A DNA stretch of 64,000 nucleotides, from contig CAZDTP010000014.1 of the NCBI GenBank assembly GCA_964508365.1, positions 1 through 64,000 on the forward strand, in the 5' to 3' direction. Under the pieces are notes generated by a model. That model was given only the letters and a program-made list of their open reading frames with translations, was not told the DNA's origin and ran no database searches. Origin of the DNA: an uncultured archaeon. GTDB taxonomy: Archaea; Asgardarchaeota; Lokiarchaeia; Sigyniarchaeales; SOKP01. Below, in pieces: positions 25,925-35,050 of this stretch; the first letter of the stretch is position 1; each line of letters opens with the position of its first letter. The position numbers and the translations under genes are program-made.

Positions 25925-27034
25925 ATGGATAATGAACATGATAAAGTATGGTATAAAGCAGCGCGAACTATTGTCAAAGCAGGACAACTTCCTATGGTAG
26001 TTAATGATGATCTTATTGAACTATTGAAACTGATTATGACTGATGAACAAGCTGGGTTTATCACAGTTTTCAGAAAACCGTCGCTAAGTATTGATCAGTT
26101 AAAAGACAAGACTAATATGGATGAGGAAGCTTTAGCACAGATCTTAAATGCTCTAATGGACAACGGAATTATCGTTGGCGTTCCTAGTAAAAGATCAGGT
26201 ATTATGGTATATAGACTTCTTGGACCGTTCCCCGGTCTTTTTGAAATGCAGTTCATGAGAGGCGAAACGGGAGAAAAACAAAAGAAACTTGCTCAGATTT
26301 TCGATAAGATTTTTAAGGAATTGAGTAAAAAAACTCAAAAAAATTATGATAATATCGTAGAACTATATAAAAATTACCCTCCAATAACAAGAGTTGTTCC
26401 TGTTGAAGAAGAGATAGAAGATGTTCCTGTTGATAAGATATTACCTCATGAGGAAGCTTCAAAAATAGTAGATAAGTATGATGATATTGCTCTGGTTCAT
26501 TGTTACTGTAGACATGAAAAAGATTTGCTTGAACAACCGTGTACCGTAACAGAAGAGAGATTAAATTGCTTTTTATTAGGAAAAAGCGCTCAATTTGCTA
26601 TTAAACATAACTTTGGTAAGGCAATATCGAAAAAGAATGCAAAATCAATAATAAATAAAGCGTCTGATGAAGGACTCGTTCACAAGGCGTTCCATGTTCA
26701 CCTTAAACCAGAACTAGATGAAGAAGCTATTTGCAACTGCTGTAAATGCTGCTGTGGGATATTTTCACTTTTTTGGAAGGGTATTTCGCCTTACCATTGT
26801 TATACAAGTTATTTAGCAGAAGTTGATGAAGATTCTTGCGTAGGATGTGGTACATGTGTAGAGAAGTGTCCTATGGAAGCAATTGATTTGGTTGAAAATA
26901 TTGCGGTAATTAATGGTAGTAGATGTATTGGTTGTGGTATTTGTGTTCACCATTGTCCCGAAGAAGCAATGAAATTAAAACGAACAGGGAATCGAGAAGT
27001 TTTTGTGCCCCCTCCAAAATTAAAAATAACTTAA
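25925..27034 (+). CDS. Fe-S protein: wHTH-like N-terminus, Cys-rich core, 2x[4Fe-4S] ferredoxin domain (copy 1)
   Basis: CYCR, CNCCKCCCG, CVGCGTCVEKCP, CIGCGICVHHCP. Confidence 0.85.
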   Translation: MDNEHDKVWYKAARTIVKAGQLPMVVNDDLIELLKLIMTDEQAGFITVFRKPSLSIDQLKDKTNMDEEALAQILNALMDNGIIVGVPSKRSGIMVYRLLGPFPGLFEMQFMRGETGEKQKKLAQIFDKIFKELSKKTQKNYDNIVELYKNYPPITRVVPVEEEIEDVPVDKILPHEEASKIVDKYDDIALVHCYCRHEKDLLEQPCTVTEERLNCFLLGKSAQFAIKHNFGKAISKKNAKSIINKASDEGLVHKAFHVHLKPELDEEAICNCCKCCCGIFSLFWKGISPYHCYTSYLAEVDEDSCVGCGTCVEKCPMEAIDLVENIAVINGSRCIGCGICVHHCPEEAMKLKRTGNREVFVPPPKLKIT

Positions 27035-27051
27035 AATCTGAGGTTTAAAAA

Positions 27052-28146
27052 ATGACTGAAAAATCTTGGTATCAACTTGCTAGAACTATTCTTAAAGCAG
27101 GAGGACCTCCCGTCCCTATCAACGAAACGCTTGTGGATTTATTAAAGATGTTAATTAACGAAGAACAATTAAACTTCCTTTTAGATTTTAGAAAACCTAT
27201 GAGCTTCGACCAGATTAAAGCCAAAATCGATCTTGAGAATTCTGAATTAAATAAGATGCTTAACGATTTAATGGATATAGGGATGATAACAGGTATACCA
27301 AGTAGAAATACTGGTATAATGGTTTATAGATTAGTTGGTTTTCTACCAGGATTGCTGGAATTTACTCTTATGCGAGGTGAAACAGGACCAAAACAACGGA
27401 AAATTGCTGCTTTATGGGATAAATTGTTTAAGGAAGAAACAATTATAACTCAAAAAAATTACGAAGTCGTAATGAAGGCATTTAAAAATGCTCCACCAAT
27501 TGATAGGGTGATCCCTATTGAACGCCAAATTGACCCGCCTGAAGATATGGTAATACCTGAGGAAGATATAAAAAAAATTATAGAAAAATATGACATTATA
27601 GGCGTATCATATTGCTATTGTAGACATCTTAAAGATTTATTGGATGAACCATGTGAGATAAATGCTCCAAGGAAAAATTGCTTAAGTTTTGGTAGAACAG
27701 CAAAGTTTGCTATCGATCATCAATTTGCTGAACAAATCTCGAAAAAAGAAGCAACAAAAATAATTGAAGAGGCGGAGGAGTTAGGATTAATTCATAAGGC
27801 TTTTCATATAAAGGGAGATCCTATAAATGATGAACTAGCAATATGTAATTGTTGCAAATGCTGTTGCGGAAACCTTCAAGCGTTTTATTCTGGCACATCT
27901 CCGATTCATACATATACTTCTTATATCGCTAGCATAAACGAAAGCGATTGTGTTGGATGTGGTACATGTTTGGATGTTTGCCCAATGAATTCAATAGAAT
28001 TAGGAGATACAACCGCTTTAGTTAATGAGGAAAGATGTATTGGATGTGGAGTATGTGCTAACACATGTCCTGAGAACGCCATAGAATTACGAAAAACAGG
28101 ACTTAGGAAAGTTTTTATTGCTGCTCCTAAAGTTTCATTATCCTAA
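27052..28146 (+). CDS. Fe-S protein, same family (copy 2)
   Basis: CYCR, CNCCKCCCG, CVGCGTCLDVCP, CIGCGVCANTCP. Tandem paralog of copy 1. Confidence 0.85.
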   Translation: MTEKSWYQLARTILKAGGPPVPINETLVDLLKMLINEEQLNFLLDFRKPMSFDQIKAKIDLENSELNKMLNDLMDIGMITGIPSRNTGIMVYRLVGFLPGLLEFTLMRGETGPKQRKIAALWDKLFKEETIITQKNYEVVMKAFKNAPPIDRVIPIERQIDPPEDMVIPEEDIKKIIEKYDIIGVSYCYCRHLKDLLDEPCEINAPRKNCLSFGRTAKFAIDHQFAEQISKKEATKIIEEAEELGLIHKAFHIKGDPINDELAICNCCKCCCGNLQAFYSGTSPIHTYTSYIASINESDCVGCGTCLDVCPMNSIELGDTTALVNEERCIGCGVCANTCPENAIELRKTGLRKVFIAAPKVSLS

Positions 28147-28174
28147 AATTATTCCTTTCTGTTATTTAGATATT

Positions 28175-29767
28175 TCAGATTAAGCTTTCCCCAACAACAC
28201 TGGGATGTGGTTTTTTTCCTAACATTTTTAGCAGAGTTGGGACTATATCCGTTATTTTACAATATGAAACTTCTTTTACTGGTATATTTTTTGAACCACC
28301 AATAATAAGCGGAACAACCGTAGATTTTTTAAGCCCTATATCATGTGAATACAAATTTTTATTTTCTTTTTTTCCGTGTTTAATATTATATGCAACATCA
28401 CCGCAAGTGCTAACTATAATATCTGCCCTCCTGGGATTTTTAAAGTTCCGCGAAAGCAAATCTGGGTATAATGGAAAGTCAATGTGAAAAGTAGCATCTA
28501 ACCATTCATTTAAAGTGTGAAATTTGTTGTCTAATAACTTGCTCGCAATCTCATCGTTAATATAATTAAACACATCAGCATCATTAGTTTCTGTGGAGTA
28601 TTTAGTTTTAAATTCCTTACCATTTCCTGTATATTCTATAGAACTTTTTATAATTTTACCTGTGTTTTGATCTTTTCTTTTCAAATGGATTTTTCCCTTT
28701 TTAGATGTGTTCCCATCGTCACAGTAATACATTAATCGAATGCCATTAAGAGTAAATAGCTTTTCTAATAGATTAATTTGTTTTGGACCATAATTCTCCA
28801 TTTCTGAAATTGTTGGATGATTCCAATTTTGTTCATTAGTATTGCTGTTGGATTTAAAATTGAAAAACCCTACGCTGTTAAACCCACTTATATTCATATT
28901 GCCTTTAATATTCTTTCGCGGGTGGTAATGATTTAGATTATTTTCGTTAAAAAAACCTCCAAAATCCCCTAATGCGTTAGCTTTATAGTTTCCATGATCA
29001 GAGGATATAGCAATAGCGGTTTCATTCAAATAACCTAAATTATCTAATCCTTCAAGTAATATTCCAAGTACTTTATCTATGTGAAACAAATTTAGCTTAT
29101 ACAACTCTGAATCAAAGCCGTAAAGGTGCATCATTACATCTGAAGACACGAACAAGAGGTTAGAAGCAATTGGAACTTCTTTAGTATCGAAAAATTTCTT
29201 CGGTTTTTCAAAAGTTTTTAGCAATTTCTTCACGGCAATTAAGTTAGCTTTCATAATGTACTTGTTAATATTATGAGAATGTTTTATTAAGAGGTAATAC
29301 AAGATTAATTTAGTTTTTCTCTCGGGGAAAAGATAACTAACACCCCTGCTAATAAATTGACTAATACTTACTGTGTTTCCTTCTCCGACCATTTCGAATA
29401 AAGTTTTGCAGTTATTACCTAAGTCATCGTTTAATTTATAAATTTGAATTATTTCGTCCGATCCAATTGAATTATATGATCTTAAAAAAGGGGGAACCTT
29501 GTTTCGTCCCATCCAATGAAAAGAGGGCACTCCGTGGCATAATTCCTCCAAGTAATTTCCTGTATATGTGCCAGTCATCATTGATACTTGAGTCGGAAAT
29601 GTCAATGAAGGAAAATCTGTTATACAATTTTTTGAATAAACTCCATCATTCATTAACCGTTTCAAATTAGGAAGTGACCCTTCATCAATGAGTTTGAAAA
29701 AGTGATCAGATCGTATATCATCTATAATGCAAAAAATGATATTTTTTATCTGATTCATCAAATTCAT
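28175..29767 (-). CDS. Alkaline phosphatase superfamily protein (nucleotide pyrophosphatase/phosphodiesterase-like)
   Basis: IIDDIR, FPSLTFPTQVSMMTG (Thr nucleophile region), DVMMH, SSDHG, final HD motif. Confidence 0.82.
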   Translation of the reverse strand: MNLMNQIKNIIFCIIDDIRSDHFFKLIDEGSLPNLKRLMNDGVYSKNCITDFPSLTFPTQVSMMTGTYTGNYLEELCHGVPSFHWMGRNKVPPFLRSYNSIGSDEIIQIYKLNDDLGNNCKTLFEMVGEGNTVSISQFISRGVSYLFPERKTKLILYYLLIKHSHNINKYIMKANLIAVKKLLKTFEKPKKFFDTKEVPIASNLLFVSSDVMMHLYGFDSELYKLNLFHIDKVLGILLEGLDNLGYLNETAIAISSDHGNYKANALGDFGGFFNENNLNHYHPRKNIKGNMNISGFNSVGFFNFKSNSNTNEQNWNHPTISEMENYGPKQINLLEKLFTLNGIRLMYYCDDGNTSKKGKIHLKRKDQNTGKIIKSSIEYTGNGKEFKTKYSTETNDADVFNYINDEIASKLLDNKFHTLNEWLDATFHIDFPLYPDLLSRNFKNPRRADIIVSTCGDVAYNIKHGKKENKNLYSHDIGLKKSTVVPLIIGGSKNIPVKEVSYCKITDIVPTLLKMLGKKPHPSVVGESLI

Positions 29768-29856
29768 AAAACTAAAACTTTGGACTAAAATTAAATTTTA
29801 CCAAAAAATAGGTGCTTACTCAAAAGTTTTAAAAAACATCCCACATAAAATTTTTT

Positions 29857-31197
29857 ATGACTTCAGAAATAGAATATAGAAAAAGATATACTTACATTTT
29901 TGTTTTTTTCTATCTTTGTGAAGGCTTTTCTCAGGGAATTCCTTTTTTAGTTTGGCCTCAATATTTAGCGCAAATTTCAGGTGGTTCATACAATATCTCA
30001 CTGTGGTTAGTTGTTTATTCTATAGGAACTATGCCATGGACATTTAAGTTGATTGTTGGGTTATTTAATGATAGATGGGGCTCTAAAAAATACGGTCAGC
30101 GATTCCCTTGGATATTTAGTTTTGGCGTTTTTGGAGGAGTTTGGTGGATTATCATGGGTTTTTTTCTACCAACTAGCGGGATTTATTTCTGGTTAGCTTT
30201 ATATTACTTTATGACCCAACTTGGTATGGCGTTTGCTGACACAGCATTGGATGGTTTAATTCTAGATGTTACACCCAAAAAGAAATTAGCGCGTGTGCAA
30301 GGATATACTTGGACGGTAATGTTTTTAGGTTATGGTGCGGGAGGAATGCTTTTGGGTATAATATTCTTAGCTACTAACTTGATGCCCATACTATTTATTC
30401 TAACAGGTGTCCTAATGTTTATTTCCAGTATTCTCCCTTATTTTATAAAAGAAATTCCTCCAGAAAAAGTATCAAAGAAGGAGTATGGTAGTGATTTATT
30501 AACAATTGTTACGAAAAAACGGAACTGGAAAGTATTTTTATACACATTCCTAACAGGAATCCCAGCCGTCATGATTTTAAACTTCTTTATGTATGTGGTG
30601 TTGATTGCCATGGGCGTAATTGATGTAAGTGCTACATTATTAACTATTGTTGGCGGAGGTGCGGTCGACTTACAAGTATGGAGCTCGGTGTTTTATCTAG
30701 GTAGTGGTATAGGAACAATAATAGGGTCTCCAATATCAGGAATGTTTGGAGACAGGAGTCGTAAAAAAACTATTACTTACACCTATTTAGCATACATGCC
30801 TTTTTGTTTAATTTTAGTTATTCCTTTTGTGTTTCTAACTGGCGAAATTCTCCCATTAATCTTTGGCATGGTATTTCTTTTAGTATTAGGCGCAATTCAA
30901 AATGCACTAACCGTTGTTAATCAAACGGTACGCGGTGACTTAGCTAAAAATTATTATCCAAACCTTAAAAGCACATACTTTGCTATTTTAGTTTCACTAG
31001 CAAATTTGGGTCAAAATATGGGTACAATTATCGGTGCAGGTCTTTTTGCTCTTTTTGTACTATTCACTACCGAATTTTATCTAATATTTTTCTTGGTTTC
31101 CGTTTTCTGTGCTGTGAGTTTGTTAATAGGTTACTTAATTTTTAGGAAAATTGATCCAATTGATTACGAATTAAGTAATTCATCGAGTAAAAACTAA
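29857..31197 (+). CDS. MFS transporter (AmpG-like)
   Basis: About 12 TM; PWTFKLIVGLFNDRWG and AFADTALDGL, plus GMFGDRSRKK motif A in the second half. Confidence 0.85.
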   Translation: MTSEIEYRKRYTYIFVFFYLCEGFSQGIPFLVWPQYLAQISGGSYNISLWLVVYSIGTMPWTFKLIVGLFNDRWGSKKYGQRFPWIFSFGVFGGVWWIIMGFFLPTSGIYFWLALYYFMTQLGMAFADTALDGLILDVTPKKKLARVQGYTWTVMFLGYGAGGMLLGIIFLATNLMPILFILTGVLMFISSILPYFIKEIPPEKVSKKEYGSDLLTIVTKKRNWKVFLYTFLTGIPAVMILNFFMYVVLIAMGVIDVSATLLTIVGGGAVDLQVWSSVFYLGSGIGTIIGSPISGMFGDRSRKKTITYTYLAYMPFCLILVIPFVFLTGEILPLIFGMVFLLVLGAIQNALTVVNQTVRGDLAKNYYPNLKSTYFAILVSLANLGQNMGTIIGAGLFALFVLFTTEFYLIFFLVSVFCAVSLLIGYLIFRKIDPIDYELSNSSSKN

Positions 31198-31261
31198 AAT
31201 ACATCAATTTTCTTTTTTTTTTAATAATTAATAATATAAGAGAGAAAAAATAAAAAAAATA

Positions 31262-31362
31262 AGCCTCCGACGGGAATTGAACCCGTGACCTGCAGATTAC
31301 AAGTCTCAGCAATTAATAGAGGTTAATTAAATTCTGCCGCTATACCGCTAAGCCACGGAGGC
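31262..31362 (-). tRNA. tRNA-Thr(UGU) with a 29-nt noncanonical intron (31305-31333) at position 30/31
   Basis: Acceptor GCCTCCG/CGGAGGC, T-arm ACGGG-TTCAATT-CCCGT. Removing the intron gives anticodon arm GCAGA-CTTGTAA-TCTGC and a 72-nt tRNA. Confidence 0.92.
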
Positions 31363-31616
31363 TTAAATGTTATATTTAAAAATAATATTACTAGAATTTT
31401 TAATTTTTTGGATTTATTTAGCAATATTAGTTCTTTATTTCAATTTGAAATAAATTATTTCCTCCTTCTATCTTTTAGTGCTTCTTCTATTGAAGAGCCA
31501 TGAATAATTTTTTAATTTTGTGGTGTTAGTACGATTTAAAATTCAATGCAAATAATTAAATGGTAACTTTACTTTTTCTTTATTTAAATACTAATTATTC
31601 TGAGTTTTAATTTACT

Positions 31617-31964
31617 TTGTTTACTAAAGAAGATGTAGAGATTTTAGCATATCAACGCTATACGTCGGGAGAAGATTACGATAAATCAGTCTGGTACTTA
31701 GCTGAGCTTGTAGTTAAGATTTTAAAAAATACGAAAAATGGAGACGATATAAAACCACTTGAAACAGATAATTTGGTTTTATTACTAAATGAAAATGTTA
31801 ATGGGGAACTTATAGAACCAACTAAAGACGAAATTAAAGAAATAGCTGAAGTCATTTACCACAAACATCCGGAAAAGAGTAAACTTCACTTTTTTATTGC
31901 AGAAAAACAATTACTTCTTAATGAAATAAAAAAAGTCATTAAAGAAAATAGAACAAACCATTAA
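31617..31964 (+). CDS. Hypothetical protein with two DUF2934-like helical repeats
   Basis: KEDVEILAYQRY..SVWYLAE and KDEIKEIAEVIY..LHFFIAE. TTG start. Confidence 0.6.
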   Translation: MFTKEDVEILAYQRYTSGEDYDKSVWYLAELVVKILKNTKNGDDIKPLETDNLVLLLNENVNGELIEPTKDEIKEIAEVIYHKHPEKSKLHFFIAEKQLLLNEIKKVIKENRTNH

Positions 31965-31971
31965 TTTTTAC

Positions 31972-33348
31972 TTATTGTGTTGCGGCCGTTATTGTACAAT
32001 CCTTCACTTTTATTGTTGGTGTAAATGTAGGTGTTTGTACTTCCCACCAATAAATTTGTTTAACATTTTTTCCAATTGCAGAAATGTTCGAACAAATTCT
32101 TAATAGATTGTCAGATAAGCGAAGTCTTCTAACTGGTTCTTTAATTTCTCCATTCTCTATTAGAAACATACCATCTCGAGGTATTGTGGAAAAAATTCCC
32201 TCTGTCATATTTGTAAAACGTGTATACCAATTAGAGGTAATATATATCGTTGGTTTTTTACTTTCAGCAATGATTTCTTCTAAAGTATAATCTCCTCCAT
32301 TGATAGCAATATTGGAGGGACCAGGCGCTAGAAATTTGGATCCGATACCGAAATCAAAGAATGTAGAGTTTCCTGAATTTTCTACTTTATCCATTTTACT
32401 TGTAGATGTGTTTTGGAGCAATCCCTTAAGGATTCCTTCTGAAAAAATTGGGGTTTTACCTTTAGGGGTTCCTTCAACATCAAAGGGTCGACTCCCTAAT
32501 CCCTCAGCAAGGAGAGCGTTATCTGTAACCGTGAATTCTTCAGATGCTATTTGTTTTCCAATATGCTCATATTTTAGAGGGCTCATACCTACCATTATTT
32601 TGATAGGGTTTAAACCATCAAAAACTTGCCCCAATACATTGGCAGCAACAGTTGGACTCATTAATACATCGTATTTTCCGGGAGATCCTTGTGTTCCTCC
32701 ATTTGCCATTTTGGCGATTTCACCAGCATTATTACCAGCCTTAAGAAATTCGCTTTCAACTCCAGAAAGACTTCTGCTACAAGCAAGTCCTTGTCCGCTA
32801 CTATCAGGATCAACAAAAGATCTTATAGTAAATCTGTAATAGGAACCTAAAAATGAGCCTTCGTTTCCGTAACTTGTTGATAACTCTGTTTTAGAATAAC
32901 CAAAGTAAAGTACACCTGCCACTTTTTTAGCTCCACTTTCCAGTGATGTCTGAATTGCCGCATTAACAAGTTCAGGTGCTTTATCAGAAAAATCCAATAT
33001 TTTTGGGTCATATATTCCATCTAATTTTTCATATTTATGCTGATTACTTTCCATCCCATTGTAAAGGAAACTTTCAGGTAACCTTTCTAAAAATTTCGAT
33101 GCATCTTTAATACGACTTCTAATTTTCGCTTGAGTTGGAGCTTCAATTTCAAGGTATGTTGACTTTTTTCCTTTAGCAAGAAAAAGTTCTATATTATCAT
33201 TGCTCCAGATTTTAGAATTGTCTATCATCGAATTCGAAAACCTAATCTGATATCCTTTACCTTTTGTTCTTTGAGCAAGAATTTCATTAATTTTTTCATC
33301 CTGCGCTACATTAATCCCAAATTTAAGAAGATCGCTAGTCTCGGTCAT
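31972..33348 (-). CDS. tldE: TldE/PmbA-family protein
   Basis: RFSNSMID, GSRPFDVEGTPK, FSTIPRDGMFLIENGEI. Lacks HExxxH; overlaps tldD by 4 nt. Confidence 0.85.
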   Translation of the reverse strand: MTETSDLLKFGINVAQDEKINEILAQRTKGKGYQIRFSNSMIDNSKIWSNDNIELFLAKGKKSTYLEIEAPTQAKIRSRIKDASKFLERLPESFLYNGMESNQHKYEKLDGIYDPKILDFSDKAPELVNAAIQTSLESGAKKVAGVLYFGYSKTELSTSYGNEGSFLGSYYRFTIRSFVDPDSSGQGLACSRSLSGVESEFLKAGNNAGEIAKMANGGTQGSPGKYDVLMSPTVAANVLGQVFDGLNPIKIMVGMSPLKYEHIGKQIASEEFTVTDNALLAEGLGSRPFDVEGTPKGKTPIFSEGILKGLLQNTSTSKMDKVENSGNSTFFDFGIGSKFLAPGPSNIAINGGDYTLEEIIAESKKPTIYITSNWYTRFTNMTEGIFSTIPRDGMFLIENGEIKEPVRRLRLSDNLLRICSNISAIGKNVKQIYWWEVQTPTFTPTIKVKDCTITAATQ

Positions 33349-34793
33349 TTATTTCCCCCTCCTAATTTGATATTTTTCAGTCGGACATGTGGTCCCCCTA
33401 GCCATACAGGAGCAGCTTGCTGTGGTTCTCCCTTACCACAATATCCGTGAGGTGAACTAAAATCTTTAGAAACTCCATCAACACTACCCAATATACCATA
33501 TGTAGTTAATTCCAGAACGGGTCGACGAATCATAGTATCGGTTACTTCCCCATTTTCAATTAAGTACACTTCAAGCCCTACATACTTACTTTGAAAACGA
33601 CGGTCATCTATATTCCATTCAGTAAAGCTCTTCATGTATATTCCTTGTTTAACATCATCAATTAATTCTTCAAACGTAAAATCTCCAGGAGCAAAATAAG
33701 TATTAGCCATCCGAATAATGGGCTCTCTTGTATAAGCCACCGCCCTTGCCGCAGCATTGGATTGAGTGTTATATCTACTAGCATATTCACGGTTTAGAAA
33801 TAATTCATTTAACATGCCATTTTTTATTAAATAACGTGGACGAGCTTTTACACACTCATCATCATAGAGATAAAAACCAGAATTACCTTTTTGTGTTGGG
33901 TCATCTATTATTGTGACTTGCTCGCTACCCATTTTAATTTCTCCGAGCCTTTCGTTTTCCAGTAAATCTATATAAAAAGATTCTCCTGCTTGGGCTCCCT
34001 CTCGACCTAAAATTCGATCTGCTTCGCTAGGATGGCCTACATTTTCATGAGCCATTATTCCAGCAACCTCACCACTTACTACTACATCGATTTGGTTGAT
34101 ATCTTTTTCAATTGCATTTCGCGCTGCTTTAACTAAACTAATATTATCCTCTAAAATTCGTTCAACCACATTTTCTTCTTCAATCCATTCCCAACCCCCA
34201 GTTCCTCCTAAACTTAACATTCTTTGTTCTCCTCCCGCTTTACCTTTAGCCGTATTAAAAGTGTGAGCAGAAATTATTGAATTTTCTGATTCCACTTTCG
34301 AACCTTCATTTGTAACTATATATTTTTGATCAGAGTATAGATCCAATAATAGCGTTCTGGTAGGTAACTTAAATCGAAATTCTTTGTTCAAAACTTTATC
34401 TAAATCTATCAGAAAATTCTGTTTTTCTTCAATTGATATTTCCTCAAATTTTATTTTTACAGGAGATTTCCATTTTGTTTGAACTACTTCTTCTTCAGAA
34501 AATGTTATCGGGATTTTTCTTTTACTAGCTTTAGCTAATTTAATTGCTTCTTCTATCCCATTTTCAATTCCGGTCTTTGTTAAACTTGCGGTAGAACAAA
34601 ATCCCATACCTCCATTAGCTAGTACTCGAATCGCAATTCCATTTGAATAAGTAATTCCTCCACCTAGTATAACACCATTTCTTGCAGCATAACTTTCATT
34701 TCTTGAGGCAACGACTCTTGCTTCGATATAACTTGCTCCACGAGATGCACCATAATCTATAGCAAAATCTGCTAAATCTTTTCCATTCTTCAT
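33345..34793 (-). CDS. tldD: TldD-family metalloprotease
   Basis: HENVGHPSEAD, YDDECV, PIIRMANTY, CGKGEPQQAAPVWLGGPH. Confidence 0.9.
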   Translation of the reverse strand: MKNGKDLADFAIDYGASRGASYIEARVVASRNESYAARNGVILGGGITYSNGIAIRVLANGGMGFCSTASLTKTGIENGIEEAIKLAKASKRKIPITFSEEEVVQTKWKSPVKIKFEEISIEEKQNFLIDLDKVLNKEFRFKLPTRTLLLDLYSDQKYIVTNEGSKVESENSIISAHTFNTAKGKAGGEQRMLSLGGTGGWEWIEEENVVERILEDNISLVKAARNAIEKDINQIDVVVSGEVAGIMAHENVGHPSEADRILGREGAQAGESFYIDLLENERLGEIKMGSEQVTIIDDPTQKGNSGFYLYDDECVKARPRYLIKNGMLNELFLNREYASRYNTQSNAAARAVAYTREPIIRMANTYFAPGDFTFEELIDDVKQGIYMKSFTEWNIDDRRFQSKYVGLEVYLIENGEVTDTMIRRPVLELTTYGILGSVDGVSKDFSSPHGYCGKGEPQQAAPVWLGGPHVRLKNIKLGGGNK

Positions 34794-35050
34794 TATTAGA
34801 ATCCTAATTTCTCTAATATTTTTGATAAATCATATGATATTTATTTTAATAATATTAGCTTTTTTTAAACGATAAAGCCTAACAAATTAAGAGAATTTTC
34901 GAGCATACTATATTATAAAAAAAAGAAATAAACCTAATCTGTCTCCTTTTTTAAATTATCTTAATCACTTAACATATTAAACTCAGAATAGTTGAGATTA
35001 AAACCTCAAAAATAATTATATTAAATAGAAAGTAATTTGTATTACTAAAT

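Noticed and set aside
25882-26064. 60-aa reverse ORF at the start of the ferredoxin gene
   Set aside because: Antisense shadow with no independent support.
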